Shown piece by piece: positions 30,471-39,733 of a stretch of 64,000 nucleotides of DNA. A model generated the notes under the pieces. The model made no database searches. It was not told the DNA's origin and was given only the letters and a program-made list of their open reading frames with translations. Position 1 is the stretch's first letter, and each line of letters begins with the position of its first letter. The stretch is from NCBI GenBank assembly GCA_040285745.1, contig JAUFOR010000004.1:806001-870000 (forward strand), given 5' to 3'. The position numbers and the translations under genes are program-made. Origin of the DNA: Barthelona sp. PCE. Its lineage: Eukaryota.

Positions 30471-32243
30471 CTAATGTGAGAAACTGTTCATACATTGGAA
30501 TATTCTCTGGATACGCTCAGGAACATCATTCAACTGATGTATGTTAAAAGATCTATTCTCAAACTCCTTTAACTCATCATTAACATGTTCCATACGAAGA
30601 ATATGGTTCCGCATGTTGTATGACACACATACACCCCCGTTAAACATGAAGTACTTGTTGTGACCATGAACACTCAACCACCCTACATCACCAAGGTATT
30701 CCCATTCGACTACATCCTCTACTTCGGTAAACATCTTTGATCTCACCGGTGGAGATAGTTGGATATTGATTGGACTGAATTGTGTTAATGGAGAGAATGA
30801 TGGTGCAAATGATGTGACTGATGGAGCTGGACTATTAATATTACTCAAAACCTCAATATCATCCAGCGGTTTTTCTGAGGCTACAATCGATATAAACCGA
30901 CCAGTATCCTCAAGTTCTACATAGCACACGCGCAACCGCTTTGCTAATGCAATAAAAGGACGTATATCTGTCTCAACAGAATTACTCATAAAACTCGATT
31001 TCGGAGAAAAAACATTGGAACTAAATAACCGTGATTGAGACAGTGATAAATCTTCTTCATTCATAATTGTACATTTGTTACTGATCGACTCAATCAAAAA
31101 AGATCGAGTCCCACTGTTAATTTGAACATCTCCACTTAAAAACAAAGTGGCTTCAAGTTCATCATCATCTTTAAACTTCAAAACAGAACTCTTACGTCTG
31201 AGCAATCTCACAGATTTTAATAAAAACTCAAGTTCACGCATTAACTTTGCAGAAAGTTCATCTCCAATCATAAACTCAATAATCTTTCTGTTTGAAGATA
31301 TTAAACGAACGTAACCTTTTCCATCACAATCTATCCTGATTGAATAATCTTTTTCTGTATTTGTTATGCTGACAAAATCACTGCATATGATCAAATCACC
31401 TCTTTTCACATTTTGTCTGTAATATGGTACATTTTTCAAATTTAAACTTGGTGTATAGTATTTCTTCAACAAATCATATGCTGTTGGACGATCTTTCTCA
31501 TAAAATGACAACATTTCTGTTAGAGAAGGCACTAAATCATCGGGTATATCTGGCGATAACCTTACAGTATGATTGCCAAAATCAATGTTTGGTACTTTTC
31601 CAGCTACAAGTCTATGCAAAACTACACCCAGAGCATATACATCCCTTCTACAATTGATAGAGACGGAACCTGTAGACTCATCAAATAGAAATGAGTGGTA
31701 TTCCGGGCTTAAATAATCAGGGGTTCCTACAAAATTATCACGAGAAACTTCACTATCAATTCTTTGAACCGCGCCAAAATCACATAATTTAAGACGCTTT
31801 TCACTATCAAACAGTATGTTGCCCAGCTTAACATCACAGTGAACAAAATTTCTCCGATGAAGAGCACCAAGATGCTTCAACATTTGCTTCATTATACTTC
31901 TTATGTGTTTAACAGAAAAGGATTGATTCTTTCCTTTCAGGATCTTTAAAACGTCAAACAGCGACCCATACCGACAGTATTCCATAAAAAAACCTGTCTC
32001 ATCATGATTTTCCCTTAAAAAACGAGGTGAAATTGTATTAAGCCAATCTGCATTGTTTTTAAGGAAAGTTATCTCATGGCGCAGACATTCAACTGTTGAA
32101 TTATCTCCCTTTAACATTTCCATATTCACCAACTTGTACACACACTCCTGAACATCAGATTGTATATGAAGAACTTGATGCTTACGCTGCTTCCCATTCA
32201 AGAATCGGACATCCCAACCCTCTTTTAGCCCATGCACGTTCAT
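30471..32243 (-). CDS. PLK4: Polo-like kinase 4 (SAK)-like kinase
   Basis: Kinase motifs HCDVKLGNIL, DFG, GTPDYLSPE. Cryptic polo box-like PSLNLKNVPYYRQNVK...IRIDCDG...VRLLRRKS and PB3-like VGW...MFNGG. Confidence 0.75.
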   Translation of the reverse strand: MNVHGLKEGWDVRFLNGKQRKHQVLHIQSDVQECVYKLVNMEMLKGDNSTVECLRHEITFLKNNADWLNTISPRFLRENHDETGFFMEYCRYGSLFDVLKILKGKNQSFSVKHIRSIMKQMLKHLGALHRRNFVHCDVKLGNILFDSEKRLKLCDFGAVQRIDSEVSRDNFVGTPDYLSPEYHSFLFDESTGSVSINCRRDVYALGVVLHRLVAGKVPNIDFGNHTVRLSPDIPDDLVPSLTEMLSFYEKDRPTAYDLLKKYYTPSLNLKNVPYYRQNVKRGDLIICSDFVSITNTEKDYSIRIDCDGKGYVRLISSNRKIIEFMIGDELSAKLMRELEFLLKSVRLLRRKSSVLKFKDDDELEATLFLSGDVQINSGTRSFLIESISNKCTIMNEEDLSLSQSRLFSSNVFSPKSSFMSNSVETDIRPFIALAKRLRVCYVELEDTGRFISIVASEKPLDDIEVLSNINSPAPSVTSFAPSFSPLTQFSPINIQLSPPVRSKMFTEVEDVVEWEYLGDVGWLSVHGHNKYFMFNGGVCVSYNMRNHILRMEHVNDELKEFENRSFNIHQLNDVPERIQRIFQCMNSFSH

Positions 32244-32302
32244 AAAGAACGTATAGAAAGGATAGAATTGTGTTATTGGGTTAATTTTCTATTTAAACAC
32301 TC

Positions 32303-34282
32303 ATGACTGTCGAACCATCAGAGAGCGTTGCACTTTTGGGGCATCTTATTGCAGACCTGCGTGATTGTGATGAAAGTGAAGCAAATGATATAGAAGAATC
32401 TATCATCGAAGTTATGGAGTATTTAGAAGACGTAAACGACGGGATCTTAATTATATCGACGTTATTGAGGGATTTTCCTGTTCAATCGACGCTGTATCGA
32501 CGATATAGCGTACGACTTATAGGATTTCTTGTGGGTATGTTTGAAACAGATCTGGAACCATTATTACGCACAATAATCGTGGAGTTGAGCTCTGTTTTCG
32601 ACGACAAAGATATCCAGGTGCAAGAATATGTTGTAAGAACGTTCAGAATTCTTATTAAATTTGCCATAACAGATGAGAAACGCAGTTATTTCGAGCATAT
32701 ATATTACATTTTCTTCAACACGTTAACAACTATCGTATCTAAACATGTACTTCCTCGTGTGCAATCGCTAGGATGCCGGTGTTTTAACTCAGTTGCTATT
32801 GAAGCTTTACCCACATACAAGAATGTTGACTATGATCTCGTTAATAAGTATTTCTGTAGCATCTGCAGAATGATATGTGAAGGTGATTTGATTGTCAATG
32901 AAAGTCTTTTAATTTTGCAAAGAATTATTGAAATCGGAGGATCAAAATTATCCAGTCATGCGATTGATCACTTTTGTAATATCGTTGAAACAAAAGGGGA
33001 TGAATCATTCTTGAACGCTGTACTTGAAGCTGTTTATATATTTTGTGTTGTTTTTATAGCTGATCAAATGGGGGTATTAACAAATTTTTCAACAGATCAC
33101 CGTGATAGAATTGAAACTGTACTTAATATGAGTGAGAACCCCCTTGCAGAGAGCATATCCGAACTGTTACCGAAGATCAGAACAAGTGAACCTGCACCAA
33201 TTGTGAAAAAAGTTGTGCATATACCCAGCAAAAAAGACAAAAAGAGAAGTTTTGTCGAACCTGATGAAAAAACTCCGTTAAAAAAGGAAGAAAAGAAAGC
33301 CCCACATACTTTTTTGAAACGAACACCCTCTTCAGTCAAATCAGCAAAAAGAAAGAAACGTAAGAACAGAACACCTAAAGTTAATGTTAATGATCGATTT
33401 GAAAACACAACCTTCCAAAAGTTTTATGGAGGTTTTCCCGAAGAAGAAAAAAAAGCTAATGTTGTTGATGATATTCCTGTGTTTATTTTTGCAAAACCAC
33501 CACCAGCCAGTGTAGAACGTTCTATTGAGAAGGAGCGTGAAGATATTGAGAGAGAGGAAGTTAAGCGTTTGGAGACAGAAAGAGAAGATATGAGAACTCC
33601 TGATAAACTTTCTGAATCTGTAATGAGCGAGAAGGAAGACGAACCCTTTGAAGATGAGTTAGTGGTGATGCCACCACAACCAACAAAGGAAGAAAAACGG
33701 GAAATAACTAAAACGGTAGAATCAAGTCAGGAGTCATCAATTGCATCATCGCTTCCTGTGATTCAGAATGATCCACATTACGTAAATACACCTGCAAATA
33801 GCTTTTACAACAAATTGCAACAGCGGGATGACAGCAGAGTACAACAGCCAACAGCCACAGTTTTAACAACACCAAGTACAACAACACCCATACAAAGTAT
33901 GTACACGCCATCAGGCGGCCAGATAGAGGTATCCAAGAATCCATTCCAAAATGACCTAGACTTTGCAACGCAATACACTGTATCGCCTCATCGTGTATCG
34001 CCTTATCACATGAATACAGAAGCTTTGCCTCAACGAGTACAACAACAAGTGAACTCGTTAATTGCGCTTGAAAAGCAAGCCATTGAGAATTACCACGCAA
34101 AACTGGAACAGCAACAAGTTGAAAACCTGGTTGATGAATATCGGCAATATGTGAAGCAACTTCAAAATACACTCAAACAGAACATTGTACAGATTAAAAA
34201 TCGAACAAAGGAGCTCGTAGTTCAAGATCTTCAAATTTTCAAAGAAACAAAGCTGCAAAATATTTGTCAAGCACTGATGTGA
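32303..34282 (+). CDS. TORTIFOLIA1/SPIRAL2-like HEAT-repeat microtubule-associated protein
   Basis: N-terminal HEATs RRYSVRLIGFLV...LEPLLRTII..L...FDDKDIQVQE...PRVQSLGCRCF resemble the TOR1/SPR2 N-domain, followed by a disordered middle and a C-terminal coiled coil. Confidence 0.55.
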   Translation: MTVEPSESVALLGHLIADLRDCDESEANDIEESIIEVMEYLEDVNDGILIISTLLRDFPVQSTLYRRYSVRLIGFLVGMFETDLEPLLRTIIVELSSVFDDKDIQVQEYVVRTFRILIKFAITDEKRSYFEHIYYIFFNTLTTIVSKHVLPRVQSLGCRCFNSVAIEALPTYKNVDYDLVNKYFCSICRMICEGDLIVNESLLILQRIIEIGGSKLSSHAIDHFCNIVETKGDESFLNAVLEAVYIFCVVFIADQMGVLTNFSTDHRDRIETVLNMSENPLAESISELLPKIRTSEPAPIVKKVVHIPSKKDKKRSFVEPDEKTPLKKEEKKAPHTFLKRTPSSVKSAKRKKRKNRTPKVNVNDRFENTTFQKFYGGFPEEEKKANVVDDIPVFIFAKPPPASVERSIEKEREDIEREEVKRLETEREDMRTPDKLSESVMSEKEDEPFEDELVVMPPQPTKEEKREITKTVESSQESSIASSLPVIQNDPHYVNTPANSFYNKLQQRDDSRVQQPTATVLTTPSTTTPIQSMYTPSGGQIEVSKNPFQNDLDFATQYTVSPHRVSPYHMNTEALPQRVQQQVNSLIALEKQAIENYHAKLEQQQVENLVDEYRQYVKQLQNTLKQNIVQIKNRTKELVVQDLQIFKETKLQNICQALM

Positions 34283-35323
34283 TCATCCAATTGTAAATAT
34301 ACTTTTGAACCATCCCAGCTCAATGTACTGGCCAACGAAGAGTGTTATCAAACCAATGAATATTGAAAAAGGCAACGCAGGTAGAGCATGACCAACTGAA
34401 AGAAGTACAACCAGGGTCAAAAAAAGACCAAATAGAACAGCAATGGCGACCAATAAAGCCACTCCACCAGAAATAATTAAAGCCTTATTGACCAAAATAG
34501 AATAAAAGATAAAATCCCCCAATCCCAACTTCATCTTTTTGGACTGGTAAATGAGACCTGGGATGGGCTCCTTGCGCTCTTCTGCCAATTCAACCAGCTC
34601 CTTGAGTGGTCCCTTTGGTGTCAGAACAGCATACATATCGTATACTGCCATTGCAAACAGCAGGAGATAAGTAATGCTATTTGGGAAGAAAGAAAATCCA
34701 AAGGCGGCCAACACTGAAACCAACACAAGTCCAACTTGCTGTATTTTGAGCAGCAATGGTTTAGACTCAATGTCTCTGACATAAAGTATTGTAAATAAAA
34801 ACGGTAAGCCGCAAATACCACATATTATTATGAGCCAACTTATTGAAATCGCTGGTCCATCGAATCTACTGAACAAAAGTGATACAACATAAGCAGAGAA
34901 GGTACCAAATATACTTAAAAGTGACAACGTCAGCCAACCATAAATAATTTTAGTATATCCCTTCTTGTACAACCAAACAATCAGCTTTGTAATGATGAGA
35001 ATAAGTGCAACAAATCCTAAAACAACGTAAACAATCGACTTCCAATCAACTTCACTAGATGACTCAGTAGAACTTATTTTATAGTATGCAGAAAGATCTA
35101 CTGTGTTTCCTGGCCTGACAAGTACGCTCAATGTCAATATACTGCTTAATATCATTGTAATGCACACAGGAATGACAACACTCATCAATTCGCCCGCTAA
35201 CGTGTTTAAAACCTTTGTAAAATCGAAATTGCCCATTAATGGAGGAAACATACACAATGCTGCAAAAAGAAATATTTTGATAAACAAATCAGATTGACCT
35301 TCATCATATACTTTCTGTCTCAT
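34283..35323 (-). CDS. PSEN: Presenilin (gamma-secretase catalytic aspartyl protease)
   Basis: AVYDMYAVLTPKGPLKELVE (YD), KLGLGDFIFYS (GxGD), ALPALP, multi-TM. Confidence 0.95.
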   Translation of the reverse strand: MRQKVYDEGQSDLFIKIFLFAALCMFPPLMGNFDFTKVLNTLAGELMSVVIPVCITMILSSILTLSVLVRPGNTVDLSAYYKISSTESSSEVDWKSIVYVVLGFVALILIITKLIVWLYKKGYTKIIYGWLTLSLLSIFGTFSAYVVSLLFSRFDGPAISISWLIIICGICGLPFLFTILYVRDIESKPLLLKIQQVGLVLVSVLAAFGFSFFPNSITYLLLFAMAVYDMYAVLTPKGPLKELVELAEERKEPIPGLIYQSKKMKLGLGDFIFYSILVNKALIISGGVALLVAIAVLFGLFLTLVVLLSVGHALPALPFSIFIGLITLFVGQYIELGWFKSIFTIG

Positions 35324-35653
35324 CACATTGATTTTGGCTTTTATCTAGGTTTTAATTACATAATATTGAATAAAAGCCTAATGTACCTACCTGCTCAATA
35401 TTTCAATTAAAAACCACTGATTTGGTGCATATTTGTTTTGGATACCTGCACTTGATCGTATTTTGACTCTTAAAAGCAGGTATTTAGTGACAATTCTGAT
35501 ATTGTGTGTTGCTCAGTAGTAAGGTAAATACTAAAAAATTTTTCACTAAAACATCAATAAAAATCACATAATACGCACATAATACGCACAAAAAGGTAGT
35601 TATTCGTTAGAAACACATCAGATCATTTTGTTAAAAGAAATATCAATTCTTTC

Positions 35654-37084
35654 ATGATGAAATTGTCTTGCCACACGTGCGTGTGGCTCATTCTGGTGTG
35701 TTTACTGTTAGTATCAGGGTCGAAAGAGTATCCCGTGTTTGGAGATACCTTTAGCAAATTTACCGTCAACAAAGATCTCTTTTACCAAGAGGCTGGTTCT
35801 CTCCACCGTGTAACAAACTGTTTCCCTTCTTTTTGCCGTTTGCTATCAGATAGACGTAATGTGTGCATTTTTTCAAGAAGAATTAACCCTGAATGTCCTT
35901 TCAAGGTTGCTGAGTTAATTGACAAGGAGGTTTCTTTGCTGAAATCCATTGTTGTTGATGATTTAATCTCACCTGAAGATATAATGGAAACATCAAATGC
36001 CATCTACATCCTTGACAGTGGTTATCGCAATTCACTAACATCCACTCCCCCTGCTTATGTTTTCCACGTCACAAAGCAGTTCCATGTTCATCAACGCTTC
36101 CCTTTGCATACATGTCTACTCAAAGGTAGCTGGCCTACGAAAATGACAATAACACGCACAACAAGGGAGATATACATATCTGACAGTGGTATGGACAGTC
36201 TCATTGATCCAACTGTGTTTGTTAATGCATTGGTTGGGCTCGATCTCGATACAGGTGATTGTATTCGAGTTTTTAACAATAGCAAATTCGTGATGCCTGA
36301 TCCAACACTACCTTTCCGATTCCTATCCTCCGATAAAAACCCACTGACGATGGGAATCCATGCTATAACTGCTTCTTTCGATGACGAATATGTCTATTTT
36401 GCCTCATTCAACTCGGACACACTTTGTGAAATAGCAATCGATGTTATATGGGACTCCATGCTCAATGCCAGTAACCATGTATCATGCAGGAGCACCTTTG
36501 GTAATATTGCTGGTCTGGAAGTATCTTGTGCAGATAATGTTTTCTTATTGGATGCAACCCACTCTACATTATTTGCAACATCACATAAGAGGGAGTTACA
36601 GCATGTTGCAGACTTTTCTCATTCTCGAATTCTCCCCCTTGATGTCTATTATGAACCAAACTCATATGATATACAAATTTTTCAGGGTAACTTAAATGAA
36701 TACATACATTCGACAGAAAAGAGCAAACCCATTCAATTTTCATTGAGTTACGTATATGTTTCGATGGCAGGAGACGGGAAGGCGTGCCTGAGCAGGCTCC
36801 CTGTTGATGAATTAGGGAATTGGATTACCAACCCTCCACAACCACACTCTTCATTCTTTTGGATCGTTTGCCTCATTTTACTTTTCTTTATTTCCTTCGT
36901 TTTTGGATGCTTTATAGGACAAACAAGTATTTACCGAAGCGTTACTAAGCTGAAGCAAAGACTGCAGTTGGCTTTTGAGAAATTGGAAAATGAGTTGCAT
37001 GAAATTAACCTTGACAGCGACATCGAAGAGCAAACTGGAGAAGTGGATGCGTCCATGCTCGCCCATATCAAACGTCGCCGTTAG
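35654..37084 (+). CDS. Yellow/major royal jelly protein-like beta-propeller with a signal peptide and a C-terminal TM
   Basis: IYILDSG, IYISDSG, ALVGLDLDTGDCIRVF and GIHAITASFDDEYVYFASFNSDTL match MRJP/Yellow blades. TM FFWIVCLILLFFISFVFGCFIG. Confidence 0.7.
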   Translation: MMKLSCHTCVWLILVCLLLVSGSKEYPVFGDTFSKFTVNKDLFYQEAGSLHRVTNCFPSFCRLLSDRRNVCIFSRRINPECPFKVAELIDKEVSLLKSIVVDDLISPEDIMETSNAIYILDSGYRNSLTSTPPAYVFHVTKQFHVHQRFPLHTCLLKGSWPTKMTITRTTREIYISDSGMDSLIDPTVFVNALVGLDLDTGDCIRVFNNSKFVMPDPTLPFRFLSSDKNPLTMGIHAITASFDDEYVYFASFNSDTLCEIAIDVIWDSMLNASNHVSCRSTFGNIAGLEVSCADNVFLLDATHSTLFATSHKRELQHVADFSHSRILPLDVYYEPNSYDIQIFQGNLNEYIHSTEKSKPIQFSLSYVYVSMAGDGKACLSRLPVDELGNWITNPPQPHSSFFWIVCLILLFFISFVFGCFIGQTSIYRSVTKLKQRLQLAFEKLENELHEINLDSDIEEQTGEVDASMLAHIKRRR

Positions 37085-37614
37085 TGGCTACTTTCAGCAA
37101 TGTATTTTTTTAATTTTTCCACTTTCGGAGCCACAACAAACTGACAGTATCCATTTGTCGATCCGCTTCGGTTGAAATAATCCTGGTGATATGCCTCTGC
37201 CTTGTGGAACAGTCTCAATGGCCGCACAAGCGTCGTGTATTCGTCTCTCATGAAAGTCGTAACGATATCGAGCTGTTCCTGATTCGAGTAGAAAATACAG
37301 CTTTGATATTGTGTTCCAACATCATTACCCTGCCTATTCAGCTGCGTTGGATCGTGTGCCCTGAAAAATAGATCCAAAATTCTTTGCAAATTCCTCTCCC
37401 CTTCATTGTACTCAACACGTACTACTTCTATGTAATTATTTGGATCCTCTTTGTGATTCGCGCTACACACAGCTTCGTAAGTTGGGGGATATGCTGGATC
37501 CTGATCCGCTGGGGATGAATACCCTGAAGATGCGTTCGAAACAAATGGAAGTTCCATTATGATAGCTTCAAGACACCAAAAACAGCCTGCGCCCAGAACA
37601 ATAGTAGACTTCAT
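37081..37614 (-). CDS. msrA: Peptide-methionine (S)-S-oxide reductase MsrA
   Basis: GAGCFWCLE, PTYEAVC, HDPTQLNRQGNDVGTQY, AEAYHQDY and GYC. Confidence 0.97.
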   Translation of the reverse strand: MKSTIVLGAGCFWCLEAIIMELPFVSNASSGYSSPADQDPAYPPTYEAVCSANHKEDPNNYIEVVRVEYNEGERNLQRILDLFFRAHDPTQLNRQGNDVGTQYQSCIFYSNQEQLDIVTTFMRDEYTTLVRPLRLFHKAEAYHQDYFNRSGSTNGYCQFVVAPKVEKLKKYIAESSH

Positions 37615-38063
37615 TTTTTTGCGGGTTAAAAATAAGTTTGAATAAAAGGTGACCTGTAAAGAAGGATAAAATTTGTATTACGATATTTAAGGGTAACCAG
37701 ATTAATAGTTAGGGTTTATGATGCAAAATTGAAATGATTTCCTCAATGAAATATCCCAGTAGATATGCAGAATCCGGAATTTGAAAAATCAGTGTATACA
37801 ACATTATCAATCAAGATTTCACAATTAAACAGTCCTGAATAACCAATCTCCCTGCTTGACATTTATCAAAAGCTAATAAACAACCTTCGAATATTGGGGT
37901 CACAGTCGGATTTTCAAAAACCTCTAAAAATGCATGTGACTCCAACCAAACAATTTCCACACTCACAGCGCCTGGTTTTTCCTACCAGTCTAAGACACAA
38001 ACTTGCTTTACCGTTTTAATCTCTGCTCTTTAATTGACTCCAGACTTTTTTGTTTGCTTGGGA

Positions 38064-39638
38064 ATGCAGTGGCCAACAATTGCCGTTGAAACGCGAACGA
38101 AATTCTCGTTTGCGTTGCAAAGGGATATCATTAATCAGTATCCATTATTGGGTGCAGCAAATTTTGAATTGACTCTTCCTACAGAACTTGAGAACCACAA
38201 ATACCTCATATTCCTACTTTTTGATAGTCTGAGCAATAACCAAAATATTTTTTTCGTAAGACATGCATTAATGGCACGTTTTGAAGCAGCTGTTGAGTTA
38301 TATTTCAGCAAGACAAGGGTAAAGCTGCTGTCTGTGGATGAAAAAGAGTATTTATTGGGTCTTCTGTACAAACTGGCATATTTGATTGGAAGTGATCCAG
38401 TTCTGCGCTATCTTGGAACAACAGATGCAGTTCAAGAGTTCATCAACCAAGGCCTTAACTGTATCTTAAAGTTTTGTTTTGCACTGCAATCATTAGGTGC
38501 ACAACTTCATGAAGTTCTTGTTGGATTTCTTAAATTTCCAACCATATTACTCAATTTATACAGTCATGGAAGCTTTTTAGAGATGTTTAAACCAGTACTA
38601 TTCAACATAATTGAGAAGTTTATGGATTTAGATCCTTATTTAATCAACGTGGTTGATTTCTGGTTATTTATCAAGCTTATCAATCAAATCGATGGTGAGT
38701 TATTGAATATTTTTTTTGATAGCCCCCTCAGTTTAAAATTTTTGAATCAAGATCTATTTATAAATGATTGTTTGGAAAATAGCTTGGAAAAGAGAAATGA
38801 AGATCATAAATGTGTTCGATTAAATTATCAATCAAGCGTCTATAATATTGTTTTGAATATATTATTGTATAGATTGGTGGAATATAACATTAGTCAATGT
38901 ATTATGTTAAATTATTGGTTTCCAACAGTGTTTTTCTTTTCTTTTGATACATTATTCAATTATCTAAAGTGTCAATTAGAGACCAATACAGAGGATTTTC
39001 TTGAAACGGATTTTTGCAAGAATATCTTTATACAATTACAATTTTTTAGTTCAAAACATGACTCTAATGCTATTAATGTAATGAAAAATGTTGATTTTTT
39101 TGCTGAAATGAATCAAAAAATTGAAAAATTAAATCAATTTTCCAACATTCAAATGATTATGTTCTATATTTTGCTTTATCCATATTCTACAGATATTATT
39201 GAAGGTTTTAACTCGTTTTTTACTCAAAAAATTGGGAATTCAAGAGAAAATGGTGTTTTTTTACAACTATTATTTGATTTAAAACATCTAGATGAAGAAT
39301 TAAGCAAAAAATTTTTTAAACATTTTGAGGAGAAAACCATCAGTTATCCATTCAATATGTTATATTATCTTTTACAAATCAATGATCTTTTCTTTAAAGA
39401 ATTAAATGGTGATGATTTTTGTATTGAGTTAAGATCTATTGAAGATTCTATCTTTAGAACAAAACTAGATTCGTTATTAGAACATATAGATAATGAAGGA
39501 TCAAACTCTGATGGTGTTTGGAAACTTTTTAAAATGTTCTTCCAGTTGGTAAAGCTGAAAGATTTTCCTATTAACCTCAAACAGAGTTTTACTCTCATTT
39601 ATAATACCATTATGAAACGTAGTAAACAAATTTTTTAG
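38064..39638 (+). CDS. Hypothetical alpha-helical protein (L/F/N/I-rich)
   Basis: Open frame of 524 codons from ATG 38064. The 3' half is very AT-rich and no family is recognised. Confidence 0.7.
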   Translation: MQWPTIAVETRTKFSFALQRDIINQYPLLGAANFELTLPTELENHKYLIFLLFDSLSNNQNIFFVRHALMARFEAAVELYFSKTRVKLLSVDEKEYLLGLLYKLAYLIGSDPVLRYLGTTDAVQEFINQGLNCILKFCFALQSLGAQLHEVLVGFLKFPTILLNLYSHGSFLEMFKPVLFNIIEKFMDLDPYLINVVDFWLFIKLINQIDGELLNIFFDSPLSLKFLNQDLFINDCLENSLEKRNEDHKCVRLNYQSSVYNIVLNILLYRLVEYNISQCIMLNYWFPTVFFFSFDTLFNYLKCQLETNTEDFLETDFCKNIFIQLQFFSSKHDSNAINVMKNVDFFAEMNQKIEKLNQFSNIQMIMFYILLYPYSTDIIEGFNSFFTQKIGNSRENGVFLQLLFDLKHLDEELSKKFFKHFEEKTISYPFNMLYYLLQINDLFFKELNGDDFCIELRSIEDSIFRTKLDSLLEHIDNEGSNSDGVWKLFKMFFQLVKLKDFPINLKQSFTLIYNTIMKRSKQIF

Positions 39639-39733
39639 TATAATCAACATAGGATCACATTTTATTACCCAAAGACAACAATTGCGAATGCGAAAAAGTT
39701 AAGAAACTGAAAAATTCTACATCATATACATGC

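Noticed and set aside
35345-35390. Possible upstream presenilin intron (GTAGGT...ATTAAAACCTAG, minus strand)
   Set aside because: The branch motif lacks CTAAY and the would-be upstream exon has an in-frame stop.
35566-35590. Short tandem duplication CACATAATACG x2
   Set aside because: Only two copies; ordinary slippage, not a CRISPR array or satellite.
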